NCBI GenBank assembly: GCA_001275005.1
Contig: JWZX01003144.1
Location: forward strand, 1 to 34,687
From: Chrysochromulina tobinii
Lineage: Eukaryota
Direction of reading: 5' to 3'
DNA: 34,687 nucleotides
This document shows positions 1 to 10,598 of the stretch, piece by piece. The notes below the pieces were generated by a model, which saw only the letters and a program-made list of their open reading frames with translations, had not been told where the DNA came from and searched no databases. The position numbers and the translations under genes were made by a program. Each line of letters starts with the position of its first letter. The first letter of the stretch is position 1.

Positions 1-305
1 GATCTGGTTCCATGATGGAGACCGTCCCTGTGACCTGGCCCTTCACGTTGAGTTCACAGCTGCGTAACTTTGGGCGTCACGCAGCAATGTTTTTCGTTTG
101 CTCCCGCCCAAACCTGATTCTTGAGAGCTTCTTGAGTGCGTCCACTGTTTATTCGCTATCGGGGGTCTAATTGACCGACAAAATAATGACTTAAAATACC
201 GAAACACAGTGAATATGAAGATCCGAGGAATCGACCTCACCAGAATGGCAAGTTTCTTCGAAAGTAGAAAGAGGAGCACTCAGCGTCAAGTGTTCTGCGA
301 AAAAG

Positions 306-1824
306 ATGCAAGCCCGCAATCAAGAAATGGCGACCAGTGTCGGAGGCGGAGGGTCCAGCGTCAGCCTTGCCACCAGGACCGTCGACGTCCATGCCCATGT
401 GCGCGACGAGGATTCACCAGAGAGAGTACTCGCTGCCAACGAGACGCTGCGAGAGCGGCAGCAGATTGGCGTGACGGACTACGGACCTCCGAGTCCACGA
501 AAAAGGAGGTTGTCAAAGGAACCTCCGTCATCAACCGACGTCCATGCCCATGCGCGCGGCGAGGATTCACCTGAGAAAGACCTCGCTGCTAACGAGACGC
601 TGCGAGAGCAGCAGCAGAGTGGCGTGACGGACTTCGGCCCTCCGAGTCCACGCAAAAAGATGTCGTCAAGGGCACCTATGTCATCACCAAGGGTACAGCG
701 GCTTGAAGTGCGAGAGCAGAAGAAGGCTTCCGTCAAATGCGCATCGACTCTCGATTTCACCGCCCTCTCGGTAAAGCGGTCGCCCCACACTCGTGCCCCT
801 GCCCATGATCATCGATCGACCGCTGATTATGCGCTTGACCCCTCAGGCGTGTGACAAGGGGATGTTTCGCGACTGCCAAGATGGCTGCGAGGCCGAGCGA
901 GCACATGGCGGGCACGGCCAAGATGGCTGCGAGGCCGAGCGAGAACAGGGCGAGGGCGTGGCTATGGCTGATCGGACAGCAATCTCGACAGCAATCTCGA
1001 CGCGAATCTGCTCACAGCTGAAGCGCGTGCGCAGTTTCGATGGCGACTCGGACGGCGACTCAGACGTGGACCACGACTTGCAGGACTTGAACTTGCTCTC
1101 CAAGTCCGTATTCAAGCACCCCGCGCGGCCGCAGAGTAGCCGCGGCGGGAGCTCCCTTCGCCGCTCCTCACCCGGGTCACACCCTGATACCTCAGCGCCT
1201 CCAATCCTCATCTCCGCCCCAAACTTTGGCCGCGGGCTAGGCCCGGGTACCGGTAGCAGCCGAGTGTCTCGGATGTCCCGAGGATGCTCGGAGGACACCT
1301 CCACAATCCGTGCACAATCCGAGCAGGGGTCCTCGATCGTATTTCGGGCGCATTCCTTGCGCTCCTCGGCCCTTTCGCGATTGGAGACACGATGCGCGGA
1401 TGACACCTCCACTGCTGGGTCCTCGACGGCACTGCATGCGACCCTTCGAGCTCTTCGCCCGAGCCCTCGTCCCGACGGGTCTACGTACGGCATTCACGGA
1501 TACAGTCCGCTCGGCATGCGCGCCGGAGATTCGATCCCGGGAGATTCGGGAGATTCGCCCCGCTCCCGCTCTCGCAATTTGCTCTCTCGAAGCGGATCCC
1601 ACGGATCCTTGAGCAGCTTCGGTGGCTCGCAGAGTGGTCGCATCTCGTCCTTTGCCAACCGCCTCGAGACCCCACCCGGGGCTCCGAATGCTCTCGAGGC
1701 GCACAAGCTCCTCGTTGCGTGCCCCGCGCCCCGTCGACCCGCCGTGTATGCCGTCGATCGCAAGTGCACAGCTCGCTTGCGCGTACCCCCGCACTTGGAC
1801 ACTTTCTCCACAGAAGCCTTCTGA
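306..1824 (+). CDS. Hypothetical Ser/Arg/Gly-rich disordered protein; exons 306-770 and 847-1824 (3' end uncertain; possible extra exons 1814-1920 and 2024-2090)
   Basis: ORFs 306..854 and 793..1824 join in frame through a GT-AG intron at 771-846. There is an internal 51-aa duplication and no recognisable domain. An acceptor-like CTTTCTCCACAG ending at 1813 and a GTAAGT at 1921 hint at further splicing. Confidence 0.4.
383..688 (+). repeat. 153-bp (51-codon) tandem duplication
   Basis: CGACGTCCATGCCCATG...GAGGATTCACC...AACGAGACGCTGCGAGAGC...GGCGTGACGGACT...CCTCCGAGTCCACG starts at both 383 and 536. Confidence 0.9.
771..846 (+). other. Spliceosomal intron (76 nt, phase 0)
   Basis: GTAAAG...CTGATT...CCCTCAG; removing it fuses the two overlapping ORFs in frame (FTALS|ACDKG). 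Confidence 0.55.
875..943 (+). repeat. 27-nt direct repeat, 42-nt period
   Basis: GCCAAGATGGCTGCGAGGCCGAGCGAG at 875-901 and 917-943 (QDGCEAER twice). Confidence 0.9.
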
Positions 1825-2395
1825 GAGGCCGCTCGAGGCTGATAAGACCATCTCCGCACTATTATATGGTCGTGTCAACATATTTATGAGGAGGGGTTAT
1901 GCCGCATGGGTCAATGTAGAGTAAGTGTACATGATAGGTGACTGCATGCTCATCGAGTCTCCACGACCGTTGAGGCGTTGTCTCATGTCTGGTCGTTGAT
2001 GTGTCCCGGGTCTCTACTGTAAGAAGGGTGGGTCGTGTGGATAGTGTGCCGCTGTACAAGGTGACGCGCGTACACGGCATTTGTATCTAAAGACTAAACC
2101 GCGGTGGAGAGGCGGCGGTTTGGGGGTACACACGCCTCCGAGGCGGTCCACGTCCCCCGCGGGCGTAAACGTTAACGCGGTTTTGTCTTTTGATTCCGCG
2201 AGGCACCGACGTGTACCCCGGCCCGTCCGCACCGCCGTTTAACCGCGCGCGACCGGAGACGCACACATGTCTCACAATACACACTTTTGTATGAGCCCCT
2301 CGGTATACACTGGGTCTCCACAACCCTTGCACACTCGGCACTATGTTGTGCTGTTGCTGCCAGAACAGCTTGCTCGTGCTCGTCCAGTTCTCCAC

Positions 2396-3622
2396 CTAGT
2401 GCATTGAGACGACGACGCGATCGCCCTTGACAACCTCCGAGAACGCAAGGTACATAGGGGCAGCGGTCAGCATCATGCATCCCAGCATGAAGAAGATGTG
2501 GTGCCACCAGATGGGCACCATGTTGGCGTCATAAAACTGGGCGCCCGAAAAAATGAGCGCCGCGCCAAATGCGGCAATGAGCTCTCCCATGACTGAGGTG
2601 TACTCGAGCCGATCTGTGGTCATCTCGGATTGGAGCCTCCATGCCTTCCAATACTGCGCTACGCCAATCACGATGGAGCCCTGGATGAAGCATTCGATGC
2701 CCAGCCGTGAAAAGAACTGCCCACCCCAGCCGAGGCTGTTCTCATTACCCCATTCGTGCTTCACGATAGGAAGGAAGCCGATGCAACCAACCGTATACAT
2801 GAGGTCGCCGATGACAGACATCGCGGCGTTCAGCCATACCGCAAGGCTAGGACTGGGAATCGTGCAGAACTCGAGGCCATCAACATACGTGAAGCCGAGG
2901 CAACCGACCAAATAGATGGACGCGCCCAGCAACGGCTCCCATCGCCACGTCGTGAAGTACTCGACAATGGTGCCAAGGATGAAGAGCATGCCGCCCAAAA
3001 ACGCAATGAAGTAGGGCCACGTGAAGTGAGTCATAATGAGGTAGAGCGGCCCGGCCGTGAAGAGTAGGCAGCCTATTAGCCAGACGTGGTTGATTTGGAT
3101 GGCGAAGTCATCGATCATCCTCGAATCATACATGACGCATCCCACATAGAACAGCCAGGCGCCGGTGCCGGCGCTGATCTCAACCAAAAAAGCGCCGAAC
3201 TCGTCGAAGCAGGTTTGCGTCTTGATCGCCCGGTAGGCCTTCCAGAACTGTGACACGGTTAAGCACATCGAGCCAGCCAGCCAGCAGTCCATGCCCAAGC
3301 CGTTCCACGGGGCCGACGCCGTCTCGATTTCCGGGATATGGCCGATACCACCGACAACCATCAGCAACAGGGCGACTGCGTTAAGCTGTATATTCAGAAG
3401 CACGACTCCGTCGTCGGGAGCTGTCCACCATTGGTACACATCAGCGCCGAGTAGACCAGAAAACCCGACAATAAACCCCCACGCACTAATAGGAGACTCG
3501 CCGTGCGGGTCACGGAAGTCGACGGCGTTGGCAGTCATGATGATGAGGCCCATAATGCACTGGTGAATGCTGATGAGCCCCTTGGGGGAGAGCCCAGGTC
3601 TCGCCACTTTGCCGGGGTCCAT
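2396..3622 (-). CDS. Polytopic membrane protein with two homologous halves (YrhK-like), about 408 aa
   Basis: ORF with about 12 hydrophobic segments. Internal duplication: LNAVALLLMVVGGIGHIP..GMDCWLAGS..SQFWKAYR versus LNAAMSVIGDLMYTVGCIGFLP..GIECFIQGS..AQYWKAWR. Start assigned to MDPGK at 3622. Confidence 0.7.
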   Translation of the reverse strand: MDPGKVARPGLSPKGLISIHQCIMGLIIMTANAVDFRDPHGESPISAWGFIVGFSGLLGADVYQWWTAPDDGVVLLNIQLNAVALLLMVVGGIGHIPEIETASAPWNGLGMDCWLAGSMCLTVSQFWKAYRAIKTQTCFDEFGAFLVEISAGTGAWLFYVGCVMYDSRMIDDFAIQINHVWLIGCLLFTAGPLYLIMTHFTWPYFIAFLGGMLFILGTIVEYFTTWRWEPLLGASIYLVGCLGFTYVDGLEFCTIPSPSLAVWLNAAMSVIGDLMYTVGCIGFLPIVKHEWGNENSLGWGGQFFSRLGIECFIQGSIVIGVAQYWKAWRLQSEMTTDRLEYTSVMGELIAAFGAALIFSGAQFYDANMVPIWWHHIFFMLGCMMLTAAPMYLAFSEVVKGDRVVVSMH

Positions 3623-4759
3623 GGTCTCCGCCGACCGCGCCTCACAGGGACGCGACGTTTTGGTCAAGATTTTGGTCCGCACACAAAAGTCGCGGAGGGT
3701 GTGCTTCGTCAATCCATGTGAATCTACATGAGTTTCCGAAGACCTCTCACGAACCCGCATGCCGCGGAGAGGGAGGCCAGGAGAGGCGAACGACGGGATG
3801 ACTCTGAGACGACACTCATTGGACACACATGAAGCCGCTTTCGGGTTCCCTGAATTAGTTCAAAGGGGGACGGGCGGGCGGCGGGGCGGCGGGCGGTGGT
3901 TGAAACATGAGCAATTGGCCGGCCCGGCCGCCGAGCGGCCGGAGCGTGGGGGGTCACGGAGAGGCACGCACGAGGCACGTGCCCGCGTCTCGGGCGCATA
4001 AAGCCCCACAGCGCAAACGTTTGTGACGTTTGTGTATTTCACACTTCACACACGCTACATGACAAACATGTACAATAATGGTAGCTACTGAGTGGAGCGG
4101 TCCTGTCAATGAAGCATGATGCATGAATCAGAGCATACAGTCTCCAAACTCCAATTTCTACATACCGCATACGAGCACAGTGGCAGTCACCCGTCGCGTT
4201 AGCCGTTCTACGTTTTACCTTTACCGTGTATGGAGTATGCGGCCTTCGCCATCGGTTTCGGTTGCGGAGGGGGGAGGGTCCGGTCGATAGCGGGATTGCC
4301 AATCTTCGATGGGTTCGAACGTGTATATTCACATTGGAGGATCGCGTTCGCGAATCACACAGGCGCGTCGCGCTCTCCCGCGTCCCGGCTGCCGGCTACA
4401 CCATCACCAATAGTAAACACAGTCACAGATCACACGACTCATATCGGTAGCTACGGCGATCAGTCATCACACTCACACGTCACAGTACACATGTACGCAC
4501 AGAGTCCACAATATATGCGTGAATTGAAACAAATCCCATCGTTGAACGAGAAAGTAGATTTCCCCAGCGACCCGCGGAGTCAAGTGGCCAGAGAGGGCCG
4601 ACGATTCGGTCCAGAGCGGTCCATGGCCATGGGCCACACGCGCCGTGGTCTGAAGCCTGATGCACAAGGCCGCGCAACATACATGTACTCCTCGACGGAT
4701 TATAATCTGCCGTTAACTGGAGCCGCCCACACGGCTTCTCCTCACAATGGTGCTCACGC

Positions 4760-7700
4760 TTACGCGGTGTAGTCTTCTTCCGCCGTCTTCTTCTCGGCCT
4801 CGGTGAGCTCTTGCTCCACATCCTTATTTAGCTTGATCAGCTCGGTCTCAGCAAGATCGGACTTGTCGAGGTAGCGCTTCATCGAGAGGGCGAGGAGCAC
4901 GTCGGCGAACTTGACCTCGCCTGACTTGTTGACGGTCACCTTGAGCTTCCTGGCAAGCGCCTTGGCCTTGGTCTCTGGGTCTTCTTCGCCCATGACGCCG
5001 AGAGGAGGCGCGACCATCCCGATGAGCTGGGGCACCAGATACGACTGGATGCTGTTGTTGGCCTCGGGGTCGAGCTCCGCCCACGCCTCCATGAAGCCAT
5101 CGATGTCGATGGGCGAGACGAGGTCCGGGTTTTGCTCGGAGAGGGTCGAGAAATTGTCGAGGATGACAGCGATCATCAGGTTCATGAACACGAGGGTGCC
5201 GATGAGTTGGAATGAGAGGAAATACGGCACAGCGAGAAACGAGCCACAGTTGCCCTCCTCCGCGGTGCACACAGTGAGGGCGGGGTCCGGGTGCTCTCGT
5301 ACGCGCGCGTCCTGCATCAGCAGGGTCCAGCCATCGCCGGTGACCGCCTGCAGCAGGAGAAGCATGCCGTTTCCTACGGTCTGGAAGTTGACGTGGGACT
5401 CGATGTTCTCCTGAAGGGCGAGGAATCCAAAGAGGTGCATGCCGAGGACGGCATAGATGAACATGACGAGAGCGAGCAGCGAGCACACGTTGAAGACGGG
5501 CGGGAGCGACAGGATGATGGTCGTCACGAGGTCGCGCAGCCCCTTGACGCCCTTGAGGATGCGCAGGATGCGCACGATTCTTAGGAGGCGCATCACGCGA
5601 AGAAGGAAGGGGGGCACCGGCAGAAGCGATGACAGGTCGTGGGTCACGTCGTCGACGAAGGCGAAAAGGACCAGCGTGAAGTCGAAGCGGTTCCAGCCGA
5701 CGGAGAAGTATCCGAAGGGGCCGAGCGCGAAGATCTTGAGAAGGAACTCCGTGTAATAGACGGTCGTGAAGAAGCGCATGCCGTGGTTGTAGAACGCGTA
5801 CGCACCAGCGTCTTCCTCATACCCGTAATACTTGCATGCCATCAGGCCGGTGTTGAGCAGGATGATGGTGATGATGAAGATGTCGAAGTTGACATGTGTG
5901 ATCATGTTGAAGACCCAGAGGCGCAGCCCGCCCTCGGGCGCACGTACACCCTTGGCCGGCTTTGTTTTCACAGTCGCCTTGACTGTCTGCACCCACTGGA
6001 GCTGTGAACCGGTCATGGTGGCCGAGCCCACGCCCGTCTCGGCGGAGATCGAGTTGAACGTGTCGACGATCGCACCGACGAATAGGTTGAGCGCGATGAA
6101 GGCACCGACGAACATCCACGCGATCGTGAAGAGACAGGCGGGCGAGAAGTCGTTACGCACGGGCGCGTGGCCTGGGGAGGTCGACGCCATCGCCTGGAAC
6201 ATCTCTGTTTCCCACAGGTCGCCCGAGGTCTGCAGGAAGAGACTGAGCATCGCCTGGCCGAAGTCGTCGTACGAGTTGCCTACTGGATTCTCCCACGTGT
6301 ACCCCTTGGCCTCACAATGGTGCTTCCCCTTGATCGTGTGGTCTTCGGAGCACTCGGCGAAGGTACCCGCGAAGAGCTGCATCGCGAGGATCGCGAAGAC
6401 GGCCTGGATGAAGAGGAAGACGAGGGCAACGTTGACGACGGCGGGGATGGAGCGGATGAGCGTCGCGACGATGAGTTTCATCGACTCGATGCGTCCAATC
6501 AGGCGGAGCGGCCGGAGAGCGCGCAGGACGCGGAGCGAGGTCAGGGGCGCGAGGGCGGGGATGTCGAGGACCTCGGCGGCGATGACGGCGACGGAGATGA
6601 CGACGATGAAGAAGTCGAGCTGGTTCCAGCCGTCCTTGAGGTAGGCACGCTCGGTGAAGGCGAATCCGTAGGCGATGATCTTGAGGAGCATCTCCGCGAC
6701 GAAGATGGCGGTGAAGATGTAGTTTGTCGACGTGAGCAGAGCCGCGGTGGCCGACGAGGGGTCGAGCAGGGGCGAGTCCATGGCCAAGGAGACCGACGAG
6801 GCGAGGATGACGAGCAGGATGAACTGCTCAAAGAGTTTGTGCGAGACGAGCGCCTCGCAGCTCCTGCGGATGCCGTTGCGCGGGCCGAAGAGGCAGAGCG
6901 CGTGCTCCTGGGGCCAGGGCTTCTCCACGAGCAGGTTCGTCTTCGACTTGGACTTGGGCATAGGTGGCTCCTCCTTGGGTGCTGCCTCCTCGCCGGGGAC
7001 CTCCTCGTCCTCCTCGCCAAAGGCCGAGAGGACCATGCCGATGAAGATGTTCATGATGAGGAAGCTGCCGACGCACATGCACGGCAGAAAGTAGAAGAGG
7101 ACTTTCGGGCCATAGATGGACGCGGCCGCGAGGGACGAATCCACCCACTCGCCCGTGAACAGGATGAAGACCGAGAGCAGACCGGGAAAGAAGTAGTCGA
7201 AGTTGCAAAAGTGGGGCCTCTCCTCCAGGTCGGGGTTGGGGCACTGGTCTTCGCGGCACGGCACCTCCGAGTAGCCATACTCCTCCGTGAAGATGCCTCC
7301 GAAGAATTGCATGCCGGCGATGACGAAGATGACCATGAAGAGGAAGGTGATGAGAGCGAGAGAGGCAATCTTCGGAATGACGCTGATCAGCGTGCGCACG
7401 ATCTTGTACAGCCCTTGCCACGAGCGCATTAGGCGCAGCGCACGCGCGATTCGGAGCAGCCGAAGCATACGGAGGAAGGAGAGCTGCGGGACGGAGCCGT
7501 CCGCGAAGATGGTGAGCACCTCCGTCACGAGGATCTCGAAGAGGGAGAGGAGCACGATCGTGCCGTCGAGCACGTTCCAGTTGTCCGACCAGTAGCCGCT
7601 GCAGCCGAGGCCGAGCAACTTGACGCCCATCTCGAGCGCGAAGAGGCATGTGATGCACAGGCCGGCAAACTCGAGGCTCGCCGCGTACTCGTCGCTCATG

Positions 7701-9025
7701 CCATAGTACGGCATGGACATGAGGACCATGTTGAGCAGCACAAGTGCAATCGACGAGTTCGCGAGGATGGACGAGTTGGCGGCGGTCTCGAGGAAGCCCG
7801 GCTGCGCTCCTTTCTTGGTAGGGAGCTTCTGTGACGCGGACGCCTCGTCGATCTGTTGCTGGCGCTTCTCCATCGCCGCCACGGCCAAGTCGACGCGGCC
7901 AAGCTGCGTGAACTCCTCGAAGAGGACAGCGAGGAAGAGGTTCTTGACGAAGCACGCGGCGATGATGATGACGATGAGGTAGTAGAGGACGACCCAAGCC
8001 GAGCCGGTGTAGTCCATGAGCGCGAACATCGAGATCTCCCACGTGTCCCAGGTGGTGGTCTGCATCAGCGTGATCGAGGCCATCAACACGCTGTCGTACG
8101 ACATCATCCCGTTGAACGGCATCCCCTCAAAGTAGGCGCACGTCTGGCCAACCTCGCAGAAGTCAGACACGTCACGATCGGGATTGCATGCGACCTCGGT
8201 GTCAAATTCGGCTTCGTCGAAGCCTCTTTTCGTCTTCGCATGTGCAAAGCCCTCGAGCGCGCATCGGTAGTGCAGCGTGCCCTGGAAGAGCTCCATGCCG
8301 ATGATGCCGAAGACGACGAAGACGAAGATGAAGAGCATTACGACGTTGCCCAGCTTCGGAATCACGTCCATGATGCCTTCGACGATCACGCGCAGGCCGG
8401 GGATGATCTTCATGGCGCGCAGCGCGCGGAACGCCCGCAGCGCACGGAGCGAATTCACATTCGGCAGCTCGACTCCCGTCATCAGGATCGGGGCCCACGC
8501 GCAGCTGACCACGGTAAAGTCAAGGATGCACCAAGGATCATGCAAGTAGGCACTTTTGCTGCCGATGATGCCATACGCCAGCATTTTGACGAGCATCTCG
8601 ACCGTATACACGCCCAGGAAGATGACCTCGAGCAAAGCAATCACACCCGCCTTCCACGTGCCATCTTCGTCCATCGGCGACTCCCACGCCATTGAGCAGA
8701 CGTTGAGAGTAATCACCACAAGGATAAGTGTTTCGAACCACGGCGCGCAGACCAAAGCGATGGCGGCGCTCCGTGGAAACATCTTTGGCTTCAGGCACAG
8801 GAGCGACACACCATCCGATTCGTAGACGCGGCCATCGGGCGCAATGACCGCGCCTGACATGGTGGTGGTCTCCTGCTCCTGCGCGGAGGCCGCTGACGGT
8901 GGCGGCGGCCGCGGTCTGGCTGGCGCAGCTGCTGCCGCAGAAGGTTTGGCTTGCACTTCCTTTCGCGTCTTGCGCGCTGTAATTTCCTTCCCGCCCTGGC
9001 GTTCGGCCTCTTTCTTGGGCGCCAT
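4760..9025 (-). CDS. Four-domain voltage-gated Ca2+/Na+ channel alpha subunit, intronless, about 1421 aa
   Basis: Four S1-S6 repeats with S4 sensors (LRALRAFRALRAMK; LRMLRLLRIARALRLMR; LRVLRALRPLRLIGR; LRVMRLLRIVRILRILK), WNxLDF-type S3 motifs, pore loops TWDTW/TGEW/SGDLW/TGDGW, and a C-terminal EF-hand-like FMEAWAELDPEA. First ATG is at 9025 (MAPKK). Confidence 0.95.
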   Translation of the reverse strand: MAPKKEAERQGGKEITARKTRKEVQAKPSAAAAAPARPRPPPPSAASAQEQETTTMSGAVIAPDGRVYESDGVSLLCLKPKMFPRSAAIALVCAPWFETLILVVITLNVCSMAWESPMDEDGTWKAGVIALLEVIFLGVYTVEMLVKMLAYGIIGSKSAYLHDPWCILDFTVVSCAWAPILMTGVELPNVNSLRALRAFRALRAMKIIPGLRVIVEGIMDVIPKLGNVVMLFIFVFVVFGIIGMELFQGTLHYRCALEGFAHAKTKRGFDEAEFDTEVACNPDRDVSDFCEVGQTCAYFEGMPFNGMMSYDSVLMASITLMQTTTWDTWEISMFALMDYTGSAWVVLYYLIVIIIAACFVKNLFLAVLFEEFTQLGRVDLAVAAMEKRQQQIDEASASQKLPTKKGAQPGFLETAANSSILANSSIALVLLNMVLMSMPYYGMSDEYAASLEFAGLCITCLFALEMGVKLLGLGCSGYWSDNWNVLDGTIVLLSLFEILVTEVLTIFADGSVPQLSFLRMLRLLRIARALRLMRSWQGLYKIVRTLISVIPKIASLALITFLFMVIFVIAGMQFFGGIFTEEYGYSEVPCREDQCPNPDLEERPHFCNFDYFFPGLLSVFILFTGEWVDSSLAAASIYGPKVLFYFLPCMCVGSFLIMNIFIGMVLSAFGEEDEEVPGEEAAPKEEPPMPKSKSKTNLLVEKPWPQEHALCLFGPRNGIRRSCEALVSHKLFEQFILLVILASSVSLAMDSPLLDPSSATAALLTSTNYIFTAIFVAEMLLKIIAYGFAFTERAYLKDGWNQLDFFIVVISVAVIAAEVLDIPALAPLTSLRVLRALRPLRLIGRIESMKLIVATLIRSIPAVVNVALVFLFIQAVFAILAMQLFAGTFAECSEDHTIKGKHHCEAKGYTWENPVGNSYDDFGQAMLSLFLQTSGDLWETEMFQAMASTSPGHAPVRNDFSPACLFTIAWMFVGAFIALNLFVGAIVDTFNSISAETGVGSATMTGSQLQWVQTVKATVKTKPAKGVRAPEGGLRLWVFNMITHVNFDIFIITIILLNTGLMACKYYGYEEDAGAYAFYNHGMRFFTTVYYTEFLLKIFALGPFGYFSVGWNRFDFTLVLFAFVDDVTHDLSSLLPVPPFLLRVMRLLRIVRILRILKGVKGLRDLVTTIILSLPPVFNVCSLLALVMFIYAVLGMHLFGFLALQENIESHVNFQTVGNGMLLLLQAVTGDGWTLLMQDARVREHPDPALTVCTAEEGNCGSFLAVPYFLSFQLIGTLVFMNLMIAVILDNFSTLSEQNPDLVSPIDIDGFMEAWAELDPEANNSIQSYLVPQLIGMVAPPLGVMGEEDPETKAKALARKLKVTVNKSGEVKFADVLLALSMKRYLDKSDLAETELIKLNKDVEQELTEAEKKTAEEDYTA

Positions 9026-9337
9026 GACCGCGCGGCCAAAACCGCGCGACGCGAACTCCACGAAAAAAAAGTTTCCGAGAGTTCAACGCGCGCGATGCCA
9101 AAAATCGACCAACTCTTTTCTCGTGCAAAAGGAAGACCGAGGTGGGAATTGGCAACATGAGGACTTGTTCTGTTTCATCAAGGAAGAGTTTCGAGGATGA
9201 GCTTCGCGATCTCGTGCGACCTGCTGGAACTTGACAAAACGGTCCAAACTCAATTCTGAAAAGTGCTTTTTCCTGGTGCGTCTGCCGTCGTGTGTGTGCC
9301 GTGTGGCGCACGGCTTGTGTGAGGAAGGGGAGGTGAG

Positions 9338-10468
9338 ATGCCCGAGAAGCCCGTGGCTGAGAAGGTGGAGACTCCTCGCTCCACCAAGCGACCCATAAAA
9401 GAGATCGAGGCGGAGCTCGAGTTGTGCTCGAATGCGCTCTCAACCCTCAGGCTCGAGGACGCCGACCCGAAAGCTCCTGCGCTCACGTCCAAGAAGCGCG
9501 AGAAGATGAAGAAACTCGCCTATCGGGAAAAGGAGCTGGAATCGGAGTTGAAGAAGGCCAAGCGCTATTTGGAGCTTATTGAACTTGGAGAGGAGTTGCG
9601 CACAGCCGCTTCGAAGGATAACGTTGCACGGGTCAAGGAGATTTGCAAGCTGCCCGACGCAAAGAAGTGCGTGGACTCGGAAAATTTTGAAGGCACGACG
9701 TCTCTCATCAAGGCGGCCATGTACGACCGCGTGGAAATGGTCGATGCGCTGATTGGAGCGGGCGCAAACATTGATCACACCGACCAAAAGGGCCGTACGG
9801 CGCTCATGATGGCGGCGGCCAATGGCGCGCAGGCGTCGGTGGAGCGTTTGCTTTCCAACGGCGCCACGGTGTCCATATGCGCCACCAATGGCTGGACCGC
9901 TTTCATGTTCGCCGCCGAGGGCGGGTCCGCACCGGTGTGCAAGCTGCTGCACGAGGGTGGGCACGTCACGAGCGTGGCGGATCTGTTGGTCACGTCGAAG
10001 GATGGACTGACGGCCCTCGAGCTCGCGCGCGCCTCGAGCAATGTGGGCATCGCGAAGGTGCTCGAGTACCTGACGCCCATCTTCGAGGAGGCGAAGAAAA
10101 AGCAGGCGGCGGAAAGGCGCAGCGGCGCCGAGAACTGGGGCAAGCTGCGGAAAATCAAGACCGCGAGTAAGGTGGCGAATGCCTTCAAGACGGCATCAGT
10201 ACAGGCTCCACCTCAGAGCAAGTCGATCTTTTCGAGCATTCTGAGCGGCGATTCGATCATGGAGCAGAGTCTCGGCTGGCTGCGAGGTGCCGCGAGCAAC
10301 CTTGGCGAGAGTTTCCGCACAGTGGGCGCAAAGGGATGGGGAGCAAATAGCTTCAGCGGCTTCGGTACGAGTTTCAAGACTCGGAATCGCGGTAAGACCA
10401 ATGGAGGGTCGAGCGTGCTTGGGTCGAGCGTGCTCGGTCAAGCGACAGCGTCGGATCTCGAAGCGTGA
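9338..10468 (+). CDS. Ankyrin-repeat protein with N-terminal coiled coil, 376 aa
   Basis: GTTSLIKAA, GRTALMMAAANG, GWTAFMFAAEGG and GLTALELA ankyrin motifs; Lys/Glu-rich helical N-terminus. Confidence 0.9.
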   Translation: MPEKPVAEKVETPRSTKRPIKEIEAELELCSNALSTLRLEDADPKAPALTSKKREKMKKLAYREKELESELKKAKRYLELIELGEELRTAASKDNVARVKEICKLPDAKKCVDSENFEGTTSLIKAAMYDRVEMVDALIGAGANIDHTDQKGRTALMMAAANGAQASVERLLSNGATVSICATNGWTAFMFAAEGGSAPVCKLLHEGGHVTSVADLLVTSKDGLTALELARASSNVGIAKVLEYLTPIFEEAKKKQAAERRSGAENWGKLRKIKTASKVANAFKTASVQAPPQSKSIFSSILSGDSIMEQSLGWLRGAASNLGESFRTVGAKGWGANSFSGFGTSFKTRNRGKTNGGSSVLGSSVLGQATASDLEA

Positions 10469-10554
10469 GCACCGAGATAGCGGGGAGGGGGGGGGGGGCA
10501 ACGTTCCTCGTTGTGCCTTGTGCGTGCCCACCTGCTGAGTCTGAGTCCTAGGGC

Positions 10555-10598
10555 GAGAGAGAGTGAGAGCGCGAGAGAGGAGAGAGAGGAGAGAGAGA
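10555..10598. repeat. Imperfect (GA)n microsatellite
   Basis: GAGAGAGAGTGAGAGCGCGAGAGAGGAGAGAGAGGAGAGAGAGA downstream of the ankyrin gene. Confidence 0.85.

Noticed and set aside
4230..4772. 180-aa ORF on the + strand
   Set aside because: No domain and atypical composition; it overlaps the channel stop on the opposite strand and is probably 3' UTR or intergenic.
4848..8695. Antisense and alternative-frame ORFs over the channel gene (e.g. 6167..7432, 6828..8042)
   Set aside because: Shadow ORFs expected from high GC3 codon bias; no domain-like content.
9338..10468. Ankyrin gene as a functional partner of the adjacent channel, by analogy with animal ankyrin-Nav binding
   Set aside because: It has only about 4-5 repeats and no ZU5 or death domain; adjacency alone is not evidence.
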